Source: a virus. From it: DNA of 59,477 nucleotides. The DNA lies in IMG/VR virus record IMGVR_UViG_3300022851_000003, one strand, 5' to 3'. The notes beneath the pieces are model-generated. The model ran no database searches and was not told the origin of the DNA. It saw nothing but the letters and a program-made list of their open reading frames with translations. The first letter of the stretch is position 1. Each line of letters starts with the position of its first letter. The position numbers and the translations under genes are program-made. Shown here one piece after another: positions 19,631-28,282 of this stretch.

Positions 19631-19668
19631 CGTGTTACCCTGCGCCGCGCAGGGTAATTACTTGTTAG
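19631..19668. repeat. GC-rich palindromic element, copy 1
   Basis: cgtg TTACCCTGCGCcGCGCAGGGTAA ttacttgtta between convergent stops at 19625 and 19665; near-identical inverted copy at 43347-43384. Confidence 0.6.
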
Positions 19669-19874
19669 GACGACGACCGCCGACCTAGTTTGTAAATCCA
19701 CACGAATGGCCGCGACAGCAACCAAAACGCAGCATAAATCGGCCATCCGAAAATGACCGCCTCGTCCGCGAGTCCCTCGGCACCATCGCGGATTCCATCG
19801 GTACGACCAGCCGCGAACGCGCATCCAGCGACATAGATCACGAACGCGACAACGCACCACCAAAACGTGTTCAT
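19665..19874 (-). CDS. small membrane protein
   Basis: ORF 19665-19934; internal ATG (MNTFWWCVVAFVIYVAG) gives a two-helix peptide. Confidence 0.4.
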   Translation of the reverse strand: MNTFWWCVVAFVIYVAGCAFAAGRTDGIRDGAEGLADEAVIFGWPIYAAFWLLSRPFVWIYKLGRRSSS

Positions 19875-20089
19875 CGCCCCACACCTGCGTCGGCCTGCTC
19901 TACCGCTTCCATGTATCTCGCTGCTTCGCCGCAAACTATCAACGCTCGATGGAATGCGTGAGCCTGTTCGATTGTCTCAAACTTTGCCACTACCCTCGGT
20001 GAATGATTCGGCGATGACTCGCAAGTAATGAACGACGGTGCTCCGGCCACATCGAGCATCTTGATTGCGTCTACTGCTTCCTGACTCAT
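19871..20089 (-). CDS. hypothetical protein
   Basis: 72-aa ORF overlapping downstream start by 4 nt. Confidence 0.35.
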   Translation of the reverse strand: MSQEAVDAIKMLDVAGAPSFITCESSPNHSPRVVAKFETIEQAHAFHRALIVCGEAARYMEAVEQADAGVGR

Positions 20090-20183
20090 GGTCGCGATCC
20101 TAACAAGCCGTTGAAAAAGACGACGGCTTTAAGTTGGTTGGTTTGGTTTTACGTCTTCTCGCCGTCGCTTTTTAACGGCAGCG

Positions 20184-20519
20184 TTACGACGACTCTCGCC
20201 TTTGATTGCACGCATAACAAACGTCGCCCATGTGCATCGTCTTTCGCCCGCAATGCTTACAGCGTATCTCACGGAACTGCCGCAAGTTTCTGACGTTGTC
20301 GTTCATTGGTGGCTCAGGTGCTTCTAGCATCGCTGCAATCGCCTTGCGAATTGCCGTGGATTGTTTTACGCCGTGCTCATCGCACCACGCCTCAAGCGGC
20401 TGGCGAAGATCGCCGAGCCGCACTGTTGAAAAGACTGTCAACGAGGTTGTCTTTCCGATCGTTGAAAGCGTCAGCAACATTCGCGTACTAACGCTCACGT
20501 TCCTGGGTGTTCGTTTCAC
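20184..20519 (-). CDS. putative DNA-binding regulator with C-terminal zinc ribbon
   Basis: Segment LRQPLEAWCDEHGVKQSTAIRKAIAAMLE followed by CKHCGRK...CYAC. Confidence 0.4.
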   Translation of the reverse strand: MKRTPRNVSVSTRMLLTLSTIGKTTSLTVFSTVRLGDLRQPLEAWCDEHGVKQSTAIRKAIAAMLEAPEPPMNDNVRNLRQFREIRCKHCGRKTMHMGDVCYACNQRRESS

Positions 20520-20997
20520 TGCAATCGTGCCAAATATCTACGGCGGAGGGCCGAGCTACGGGGTAGCTGAACGCAGTATTTTTAACACTCAGACCTGGGA
20601 TTACTATTCGGATTCCGGGGTTGAAATCGACGCTGGCGAATATGCCGGTTTGATCGGGCCGCGAACACAAATAGAGTGGGGCGGCGGGTTTCGCGAATGG
20701 CGATTTCAACCAGTGTTTGAAACAACCACTGTCGATTTAACAACCATTAAAATGAATTTCGAACGCAAATGATTTCTAGGAAGATTGATCGGAGTCATCT
20801 ACGGCGATGTCTGCCAATTTGCCACTTATGCCAGCACTTTGCTGCATACGATTCAGACGGAAATTGTGGGTGTTTGTTACTGCGATCAAATTACAACATT
20901 TGCCCAGGCAAGATCGGCAAGCACTTGCTGCACGGCAAAGGATGCTTGGCCAATCCGCCGTTGTTCTTGTCTGCGAAAACAGAAAATCCCCAACACG

Positions 20998-21022
20998 CCG
21001 CATCACTGCGCGCAGGGGAATA
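20998..21022. repeat. degenerate copy of the palindromic element
   Basis: CTGCGCGCAGGGGAATAACAAG just downstream of the PAPS-reductase-like gene stop. Confidence 0.3.
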
Positions 21023-21042
21023 ACAAGTTCTCTGGATCTTCT

Positions 21043-21909
21043 TTACACGAAACACATGCCGAGCGTGCATTGCTGCACCTTTTCTGCCGATTCGTCGTAG
21101 TCAATATCCGCTTCGGCTAGAGGCACTCGACTGTGATGCAAGAAAACACCGCCTTGCTCGTCCGCTTCGCGAACTTCGCTGTCCGTTTCAATGGCTTTCT
21201 GCCATTGCTCGGGGTAGTTGTCACGGATGTCACGCCATTCGGCGTTGCGCTTGTGCGGGCACATCCAGCAAGACGACTGCTTAGGCAACGGCCAACCAAA
21301 CTCTTTAATGATCGTTAAACATGAGTGAGTGTTTAGCATCAAATCGACCAACGGACAAACCGTTGTCCATCGACCTTCGGTCTTGTGATGCAAGCCCTTC
21401 CATCGCTTCTTTTCTTCGATTCCAAAGCCTAGCCAACGCGTTCCGCCCTTGATTCCTTTGGCCCGCAAGTGTCGATCAACGACACGTTTCTTCCATTCGT
21501 TACTGCAATATGTTTTCAACTTTCCGGTCTGTGTGAACACAGGGAGCAACAGATCACCGTTGCCGGAATACATGTCGACCGTGGCTAGATCGTGGCTTGC
21601 CACTTCGACAGGACATCCGAGTTCGGTCATCATCGGTTGAGTGTACTTTTCGAGGTATTCCCATGTCGTCGGATTTTCTCGGCTGGTGTCTGCCATTACG
21701 ACAACATCAGGCTTCGGCAAAACGCCTTTGGCTATCATGATGCACATCGCAACGGTTTGGCGACCTCCACCGTAGTTGAAGACCAGAGAACAATTTGTTG
21801 CTGCGGATTTGCCGATTAAGTTTATTGGTTTGGTCATAGTTTTTTCTCGCGATGGCGGGACAATTCGAGCGTTACCACGACCTACGTGGCCTTCAAAAAT
21901 ACGATCCAA
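21043..21909 (-). CDS. PAPS-reductase-family protein (ATP pyrophosphatase fold)
   Basis: VVMADTSRENPTTWEYL matches the DTGxxFPET core of the PAPS reductase family; degenerate PP-loop FNYGGGRQT; Cys pair CWMCPHKR. Confidence 0.6.
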   Translation of the reverse strand: MDRIFEGHVGRGNARIVPPSREKTMTKPINLIGKSAATNCSLVFNYGGGRQTVAMCIMIAKGVLPKPDVVVMADTSRENPTTWEYLEKYTQPMMTELGCPVEVASHDLATVDMYSGNGDLLLPVFTQTGKLKTYCSNEWKKRVVDRHLRAKGIKGGTRWLGFGIEEKKRWKGLHHKTEGRWTTVCPLVDLMLNTHSCLTIIKEFGWPLPKQSSCWMCPHKRNAEWRDIRDNYPEQWQKAIETDSEVREADEQGGVFLHHSRVPLAEADIDYDESAEKVQQCTLGMCFV

Positions 21910-22388
21910 TGTGATTTGTAATGCTTCCCGTACTTGCTGCCGAAAAGCGGTTTCTCGGGTGTCAGCTTGAGGATGTCACCCACCGACACCTCGTCTTCGT
22001 TCCACTTAAAAACCAACGTTCCTTCTGGCCGCAACACTCGGAAACATTCGCGGAATCCCGACGTTATTTCCTCCCGCCAATTTTCGCCAAGCGTTCCGTA
22101 CTTTTTCGCTATCCAGCCTTTCGCACCGTTCCGGCCGAAGTGCGGCGGATCGAAAACGACCAACGCGAACGTATCATCCGCAAATGGCATGTCCGTAAAG
22201 TCCGCGATCAAATCAGGATCGACGATCAACTCACGACTGCCGCCCTTGCTGGACTTGTCCGGCAACGTGTGGCGCTCGCTTCGCTTGTCCATGAACGTCG
22301 CTCGTTCGTCGTCACGGTCGAACCAAAACATCTTGCTACCACAACATGCGTCGAGTACAGGCGTGGTAACAATTGATTGATCCGGCAT
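21882..22388 (-). CDS. putative DNA amino-methyltransferase
   Basis: N-terminal TPVLDACCGS and VVFDPPH (DPPY-like catalytic motif); overlaps downstream gene by 28 nt. Confidence 0.5.
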   Translation of the reverse strand: MPDQSIVTTPVLDACCGSKMFWFDRDDERATFMDKRSERHTLPDKSSKGGSRELIVDPDLIADFTDMPFADDTFALVVFDPPHFGRNGAKGWIAKKYGTLGENWREEITSGFRECFRVLRPEGTLVFKWNEDEVSVGDILKLTPEKPLFGSKYGKHYKSHWIVFLKAT

Positions 22389-22413
22389 TGCGGTTACGTC
22401 TTTCGGTTTGGGT

Positions 22414-23091
22414 TTAGTCTTCCGCTCGCGACCACATATCGCAAGCGTTCACAAAATCCGGTATCCACAGGCTAAAGCTACGACCTCGGTTCATTAACGC
22501 AATCGCGCGGGACGCATGGTAGATGTCGGGCCTCAATGTTCTCTCGGCGCCCATCGTAGTCCATGGCACCTCCACTGCGTAAGTCTCGCAATGAGATCGC
22601 TTGATCGCTTTCTCCGACCCAGTCTCGAACATCTTCCAGAATGGATGATTGTCTCGAACCGGGAACGCGTACGTGATCGCTGGAATCACCTTTGTTTTCA
22701 GTTCACGACGGTTCCAGTGAATCAAAAAGAAGCAAGCCGAACCGAACGACGCACGTTCGTACATGAACTTCAGTTGACGTGACCTCGCCTTTCGCATCTC
22801 AATGCGATACTTACTCAAGTCGAAACTGGCTTGGCTACAAACCTTCGCATCGAAGACAACTTCTTGCTGAGGTGTTCCGAACACGCCCTGGTAATCCGGC
22901 AACGATGCGATGAGTCTCGCACGAACTGACCCATCAGGAAACCTCTGCATCGGCACCGCAAACACACCTGGTTTATCGACTGCCATCGCCCGCTCTTGCT
23001 TCAACCATGATAATCGCGGATCGATCAAATCTTGGAAGCCGGTTCCGGTTAGATGATCTTCGCAAGTGACAAGTGGTTCTGTCTCCATCAT
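22414..23091 (-). CDS. hypothetical protein
   Basis: 225-aa ORF in the same operon as the methyltransferase. Confidence 0.5.
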   Translation of the reverse strand: MMETEPLVTCEDHLTGTGFQDLIDPRLSWLKQERAMAVDKPGVFAVPMQRFPDGSVRARLIASLPDYQGVFGTPQQEVVFDAKVCSQASFDLSKYRIEMRKARSRQLKFMYERASFGSACFFLIHWNRRELKTKVIPAITYAFPVRDNHPFWKMFETGSEKAIKRSHCETYAVEVPWTTMGAERTLRPDIYHASRAIALMNRGRSFSLWIPDFVNACDMWSRAED

Positions 23092-23723
23092 GATACCGTC
23101 CTTACTAAACCGTCCATGGAAATCCCAGCGGACTCGATAGCTGGTCGCTGAGAAGGTTTATTTGGAATCCTGGGTAAGTTTGCACGAGAGGGATCGCACG
23201 CAATACGGCGAGGCACAGGCTCTTGCAAAACACCGTCTCGCACCTCTGCTTGACCAAGGCCCGGCAAACAAGCCCCCGCCTCGCCATCGCACCCTTGCCT
23301 CCGAAACGACTGATACGCCTTCAGGAAATTCAATCGGTACCACTTCTCATCTTCGGTCGTGCCGCAACTCTCCAGCGCTGCCGGCCAGCCGCCGAGCACA
23401 CGAATCGTCGCATTGATCGCACGGTCCTCGAAATCGACGCTCTTGTACGAACCCAGCGGCATCGCCTTCAGGACTTCAGACCAAGCCGCGATCGCCAGAT
23501 CCTCCGTCGATCCGCCTTGACACGCTTGCCGAACCTCTGCCGGAACCGGCAACCGAGACGACGTGGCGATCAACGTCGCAACAGCCTGCTGAACCTCCGC
23601 GAGACCCAAGTCCTGAAGCCCGAGCCAGTAACCCAGCAACCGAGCCCGAGTTCCCTCCTGGCCGAACGTCTCGAGCATCGCTGTGATCGTCACCGCGAAA
23701 TCTTTTTTGTCTGCCTCAACCAT
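23088..23723 (-). CDS. hypothetical protein
   Basis: ORF 23088-23909; start moved to ATG at 23723, 2 nt after the upstream stop. Confidence 0.45.
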   Translation of the reverse strand: MVEADKKDFAVTITAMLETFGQEGTRARLLGYWLGLQDLGLAEVQQAVATLIATSSRLPVPAEVRQACQGGSTEDLAIAAWSEVLKAMPLGSYKSVDFEDRAINATIRVLGGWPAALESCGTTEDEKWYRLNFLKAYQSFRRQGCDGEAGACLPGLGQAEVRDGVLQEPVPRRIACDPSRANLPRIPNKPSQRPAIESAGISMDGLVRTVS

Positions 23724-24471
23724 TTGCAAAATCCTTGATCGCTTGGGCACTGTTTTCGACGCGCTGCTTGGCAAAAGTTTTGGGGCCATCGCGACTCTCG
23801 GGACGGCCACCAAAATCCCATCCGGCCCACCCGTTGGACATCGCTCGCTTGACCATGACCCGAAGCGACTCGAGACCATGTTGGTCAGCGAACTCTCGCA
23901 TCGATACACAAACAGCCCTCAGGCCGCGAGGCTTGTACCCCTGACGCCGTTCGATCTTATATCCGACCCAGTTGTCAACTATCTCCGCAAGCTCGTTAGA
24001 CGGGCACTCAGAGGCTATTATCTCGTTTGCCTTCAAATCGTCAATTTTTGGCTTGCTCGTTTTATTATTCTTAGAGTCCTTGTCCTTGTCCTTATCCTTA
24101 GCGCCTTCGGCAGACCCTTCTAAGGCGCTTGTAAGGCCCTTCTTTTCGACACCTAATTTCTCGAGTCGATTCAAGACGCTCTTGTGAACTCGGTTTTCTG
24201 GGTTCAGTTCGCCGTACTGAAAATGGCAGAACGCACGGACCCAAAATTTGCCGTCATCGAGCTTCACAATTCGGTCGCCACAGACCCCCGCAAACTCATC
24301 CCAATCGATCTCGCAACCGATCTGTAAATTGGCAATCGGCTCCACAATTTCGATGACCCCAGCGTGGTCGCATTCGTCGCAAACGAAGCCCCAAGCTAGC
24401 TTATGGCAAGGGGCTAGTGAAACGAACCAACGGTCCTTCCATTTCCCGGTTTCTGTGAATCGTTTTGCCAT
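23716..24471 (-). CDS. hypothetical protein with Lys/Asp-rich linker
   Basis: 251-aa ORF; N-terminal Cys cluster and KDKDKDKDSKNNK linker. Confidence 0.45.
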   Translation of the reverse strand: MAKRFTETGKWKDRWFVSLAPCHKLAWGFVCDECDHAGVIEIVEPIANLQIGCEIDWDEFAGVCGDRIVKLDDGKFWVRAFCHFQYGELNPENRVHKSVLNRLEKLGVEKKGLTSALEGSAEGAKDKDKDKDSKNNKTSKPKIDDLKANEIIASECPSNELAEIVDNWVGYKIERRQGYKPRGLRAVCVSMREFADQHGLESLRVMVKRAMSNGWAGWDFGGRPESRDGPKTFAKQRVENSAQAIKDFANG

Positions 24472-24503
24472 CGTTTTATCTCTCGAGAACCGCTTGAATT
24501 AGA

Positions 24504-24797
24504 TCAGAATGGGATGTCGAAAAGGTTGTCGTCGGACGCGTCGGAGTCGTGCCTCGCCCAGAGCACATTCTGTCGCACGACGGACGCCACTGACTCCATG
24601 ACCGTGAACGTTTGATGGGGATGCAGCTTTGCGAGCCTCTCCGCTTCGATGCACGCTTGGTGCTGCGTGTAGTGCCGGTACGTCGGCGGGCCTTCACCGA
24701 GGACCATCCAGAACTTGCGTTCGCTAATCATGATGGGCTCACCTGTTCTTCCATCGCTTCGCTCCATCGCACCCAGCCCCATCCGTAGACGTAACAC
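24504..24797 (-). CDS. small protein with SSB-like acidic C-terminal tip
   Basis: Ends DASDDNLFDIPF, resembling the bacterial SSB tail DDDIPF; true start may be an internal Met. Confidence 0.4.
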   Translation of the reverse strand: MLRLRMGLGAMERSDGRTGEPIMISERKFWMVLGEGPPTYRHYTQHQACIEAERLAKLHPHQTFTVMESVASVVRQNVLWARHDSDASDDNLFDIPF

Positions 24798-24906
24798 TGA
24801 ATGATCCCGCCGTGTTCTATCTGCAACGACTTGGCCGTTTTGCTATCAACGACGTAGCTCGTGCCTTCGCCGGGACCGTGAACAACGCGGAAGTTAAGTT
24901 TTGCAC

Positions 24907-25122
24907 TCACGGATTCACCTCCGCTGCCGCTTCATCGACCCTGCGTTGGATACGCTTCTGTAGTCCCGCCGCGTCGTACCACGAGAGATTGAGAGCTGGA
25001 TCGGATGCCATGCGACCAATCGAACGACGCACCTCATCAACCTGCTCATCAGTGTAGATAAAGACGTACCGATGTTCGTCTTTGACCAGCGTTAGGATGC
25101 TGAACCCGTTCATGTCGCACAC
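24907..25122 (-). CDS. hypothetical protein
   Basis: 71-aa ORF. Confidence 0.4.
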   Translation of the reverse strand: MCDMNGFSILTLVKDEHRYVFIYTDEQVDEVRRSIGRMASDPALNLSWYDAAGLQKRIQRRVDEAAAEVNP

Positions 25123-25871
25123 CCTTGCTCATCGCTCGGCGGATCGGGGTACTTGGTCACGCGGTAGGGTTCGTCCGCGAACTCATGAACGAAATTTTCA
25201 TTCCCGCCGTTTTTTTGCCAAACCGCATTGGAAGTGGTTTTATTGCGAAGAGCGTCGGCGGTCGATCGCATTTGATGTGCGACCATAGCCACAACCTTCG
25301 CAGTCACGTTGCTTCCCCTGACGTCAATCTCAGTCCCGACCGGCAGTAGGTAATTGTTCCCGCGACCAGGTCCAGCCATCCATTCACCGATCTCCGGTAG
25401 TTCTTCATACCACGGGTAATAATTAGGTGGCCCGTCGACAAACTGGTAGCCGTTTTTGCAGCGAACCCAACGGCCCGCCTTTGGCTCGACGCGACGACGG
25501 TAGTGCGAGTCCTTTAAGTAGTCCGTGTCGCAAGGGTACATTCTCCCGGCCCAATCTTTAGAGATGGGTCGCCAAATCTCATCGCCTTGCTGGGGCGTGT
25601 CGGTTGCTTGGTCGATCAATCGCCAACCTTCACCTGGATCGGGTATCCGACGTTTATCCACCCCTTCCTTTTCATTCACCAAAAACGGTTCAACGCCATT
25701 CACCGGAAAACGAACGCCCTCCGCCATCAGGTCAAGGAACTCGTTGATCCATATACCCGGCACAGTTTTGCCAGCGATCTTATACAGTCGCATGGCCGCT
25801 AACAGTTCTTTCCGTCGGTGCTCGAGCCAAATGTGCCTTGGCATCAGTCCCAGCGGTGCATTGTTACTCAT
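25110..25871 (-). CDS. hypothetical protein
   Basis: 253-aa ORF. Confidence 0.5.
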   Translation of the reverse strand: MSNNAPLGLMPRHIWLEHRRKELLAAMRLYKIAGKTVPGIWINEFLDLMAEGVRFPVNGVEPFLVNEKEGVDKRRIPDPGEGWRLIDQATDTPQQGDEIWRPISKDWAGRMYPCDTDYLKDSHYRRRVEPKAGRWVRCKNGYQFVDGPPNYYPWYEELPEIGEWMAGPGRGNNYLLPVGTEIDVRGSNVTAKVVAMVAHQMRSTADALRNKTTSNAVWQKNGGNENFVHEFADEPYRVTKYPDPPSDEQGCAT

Positions 25872-26107
25872 TTCGCTTTCTTCCTTTTTGAAACACGGAT
25901 ATTCTCACCTTCGACTGGGTACGCCACTCGTGCCCAATACCTCATCTTTTCCATCTTCATACCTGACCCGTTGCTGTAGAGTCGCGGGCCGTTGCGCCGG
26001 ACGACTGTGAAGTAACCGCCGTCGCGAAGGGTGGCGAGAACGTGCTCCTTGTCAGGAGGCAATTCGTCTTCGATTAACACCCACTCGATCGTTGATGACT
26101 TGCTCAT
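25868..26107 (-). CDS. DUF551-like small protein
   Basis: N-terminus EWVLIEDELPPD resembles the DUF551 WISVKDRLPE signature. Confidence 0.45.
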   Translation of the reverse strand: MSKSSTIEWVLIEDELPPDKEHVLATLRDGGYFTVVRRNGPRLYSNGSGMKMEKMRYWARVAYPVEGENIRVSKRKKAK

Positions 26108-26109
26108 GA

Positions 26110-26673
26110 TTAGAATTTCTTCCCGCCATCGGCCAACCGATGCTCTGCCTTGTGGTCGGCACGCTGCGCATTGAACGCCATCTTCTCCCGGTAGGCTCCT
26201 TCCAGATCCAATCCGTGACCGCCGCAGTAATCCAGAATGCGAATCACCGCGTCGGCCATCTCGACCTCTTCCATCTTGCGGTGCGGGAGCTTGTCATCCA
26301 TCAAGTCTTTGCGAGCTCCTTCCATCGCCTCGGCGATCTCGCTGACGATCAACATCATCTGCTCGCCTCTGTTGCGTTCGATCCGCTCCCCGGTCTTGGG
26401 ATCGTGCCACCATTTCAAGTTGGCTTCATGAGCCTCGGCCGCGTAGTCATTGAGAGTCATTCCCAGTTCTTCTTCCGATGCAACGTCTACGACACACTGC
26501 TGGCAAACAAAGTCGTATCCATCCCCGTAATCGTGATAGGGCTTGATCCGCCGCATCTCGTCTTCGTATTGGCACCGACCGCAGTTTCGGCACGTCCTAA
26601 TAGGTACGTCGCCGTCGATGTCGCTCGGCATACGACCGGGGCTTGCCAATCGTTTCTCTGGGATTGAATTCAT
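26110..26673 (-). CDS. MazG-like nucleotide pyrophosphohydrolase with N-terminal zinc ribbon
   Basis: EVEMADAVIRILD...AYREKMAFNAQR helical NTP-PPase motif; CRNCGRC...CQQC at N-terminus. Confidence 0.55.
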   Translation of the reverse strand: MNSIPEKRLASPGRMPSDIDGDVPIRTCRNCGRCQYEDEMRRIKPYHDYGDGYDFVCQQCVVDVASEEELGMTLNDYAAEAHEANLKWWHDPKTGERIERNRGEQMMLIVSEIAEAMEGARKDLMDDKLPHRKMEEVEMADAVIRILDYCGGHGLDLEGAYREKMAFNAQRADHKAEHRLADGGKKF

Positions 26674-26695
26674 CCGTGTGTCCTTTCAATTGGGT

Positions 26696-26947
26696 CTAAA
26701 ACAGGGAGGGTTGTTCCGACGAGCTTTCACCGCGATCGCGCCGGACGATCTGGACTCGCTCACCCGCAGCGATCACGTCGCCTGATTGGATGAGCGCGTC
26801 CAGGCCGTCCTGCCAATCAGACCGCTTGCCCTTGGGAGCATCGGGGCTAACCCGACAGATTCGCACCACTTCATTGAGAAGTGTTTCACGGTGAAGCGGT
26901 GCCGACTCGTGGGTCAGGTAATCAGCGAGGAATTGCTCGATGCTCAT
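26696..26947 (-). CDS. hypothetical protein
   Basis: 83-aa ORF. Confidence 0.4.
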   Translation of the reverse strand: MSIEQFLADYLTHESAPLHRETLLNEVVRICRVSPDAPKGKRSDWQDGLDALIQSGDVIAAGERVQIVRRDRGESSSEQPSLF

Positions 26948-27228
26948 TAGCCGACGATGCTGTGGATGTCTGCCGATCCGAACACGAGCAACGTCCCATC
27001 TGGGAGCTGCGATTGTAGGCGTTCGCCGATCACCGGGATGGTGGCGATTTCCAGGTTGATCTTTCGTGGCCGGTCATCGCCGGGACGATCGTCCATGTCC
27101 TGAGCGATACGCTTGAGGGCTTGCTTCCTCGCCTCCCCAATCCGCCCGCCGTCCATCTCCGCGATAGCCGACAGTGTCAACTCTTCCATTCCGTAAACTT
27201 GTCCCATCACATCAGTCCTCTTTTCCAA
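26947..27228 (-). CDS. hypothetical protein
   Basis: 93-aa ORF. Confidence 0.4.
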   Translation of the reverse strand: MEKRTDVMGQVYGMEELTLSAIAEMDGGRIGEARKQALKRIAQDMDDRPGDDRPRKINLEIATIPVIGERLQSQLPDGTLLVFGSADIHSIVG

Positions 27229-27264
27229 TTGGTTGAAGTAACATCCTCACCGCCACGCCGGCGG

Positions 27265-28233
27265 TTAATCCTTCTTGGCTAGCTCGTTGAGCAACTCGCC
27301 CAACTGCTTGCTTTCCGCCGGGCTCAAATCTTCATCGCCATCGAACTCGCCGCCGATCTCGATCAACGCGTCGTGACTCGATGCGGACAGGAGACGACGT
27401 TCGTACGATGCGAATGCTTCGCTCTTGCCGTCCGCTGATTCGGCGATCAGTGGCGATTCTTCTTGCATCTCTGTCGACAAGTCCAAACCGCTTCCCATGT
27501 CGCCGAGTTTGCGTCGTTGAATCCCGGTCGATCGGACGTGTCCTTCAAACACAACATCCTCGTCGTCCTTCTCAAACGCATCGCGAATCTCTGCCGACAA
27601 TGGCAACCACTTGGACACACGACGGAACACCGTTTTTTTAGCCATTTCGCTCCAATCGGTTTTCCATGGCCCGTTGTTGCCAGACTTGGACCGATTGCGG
27701 ATTGCCTCAACGGCATCCTTGGACATGACCTCGCACTTGGGTTCGCGGTCCTTCATTCGGACTTCGCAATACACCGCGATCACATCACCCTCGCTTTCCG
27801 GCTTGTCCTCGTCCCGTCGCAAATACCACGGGACATGATCGGCCACGATGCCTTTGCTGTACTCAAACAGGTCGCCTTCATGGACAACGTCGGCATGGAT
27901 CGACGACACAACACCGGATCGGTACGCCAGTTCCACCAATCCCTTGTAGTCAATGATGAGCTGGCAAGTGGTTCCATAGGGAATCAAGTGCGCCCTGCGA
28001 CCATCGGGCTCGAGTCCCCATTGGCTCAAGCTCATCATCGCCTCGAAGAACGAAGCCTGAGAACACTGGGCCAGTTTGGGAGTGCGGGTCAGTGCCGTAA
28101 TAGCAACCCGCACCATCCGCTCGGGCGTCATGTGGTCAGGGAGTATCTTGGCGATCTCGTTCTTAAAATGTTCACCCGAAAGATGATCGCGAATCGTTGG
28201 GGCGGACTTCGCAATTTGTTTGTCTTGACTCAT
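27265..28233 (-). CDS. recT: RecT-family single-strand annealing protein
   Basis: FKNEIAKILP...RMVRVAITALTRTPKLAQC...GLEPDGRRAHLIPYG...IIDYKGLVELAYRSG matches the RecT core. Confidence 0.8.
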   Translation of the reverse strand: MSQDKQIAKSAPTIRDHLSGEHFKNEIAKILPDHMTPERMVRVAITALTRTPKLAQCSQASFFEAMMSLSQWGLEPDGRRAHLIPYGTTCQLIIDYKGLVELAYRSGVVSSIHADVVHEGDLFEYSKGIVADHVPWYLRRDEDKPESEGDVIAVYCEVRMKDREPKCEVMSKDAVEAIRNRSKSGNNGPWKTDWSEMAKKTVFRRVSKWLPLSAEIRDAFEKDDEDVVFEGHVRSTGIQRRKLGDMGSGLDLSTEMQEESPLIAESADGKSEAFASYERRLLSASSHDALIEIGGEFDGDEDLSPAESKQLGELLNELAKKD

Positions 28234-28282
28234 ATCAATTTGATTTCTGTGGAAAGGAAGATTAGTTCGTCTTAGGTCGGAT

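Noticed and set aside
19635-19657. Palindrome as a standard rho-independent terminator
   Set aside because: The perfect 11-bp dyad leaves a 1-nt loop and is not followed by a clear U-tract on either strand, so a pure terminator role is not accepted; kept as a repeat of unknown function.
20230-20772. 180-aa plus-strand ORF
   Set aside because: Overlaps the minus-strand regulator gene and an intergenic region; no RBS or motif; surrounding genes are all on the minus strand.
27463-28275. 270-aa plus-strand ORF
   Set aside because: Antisense to recT, whose protein shows strong family conservation.
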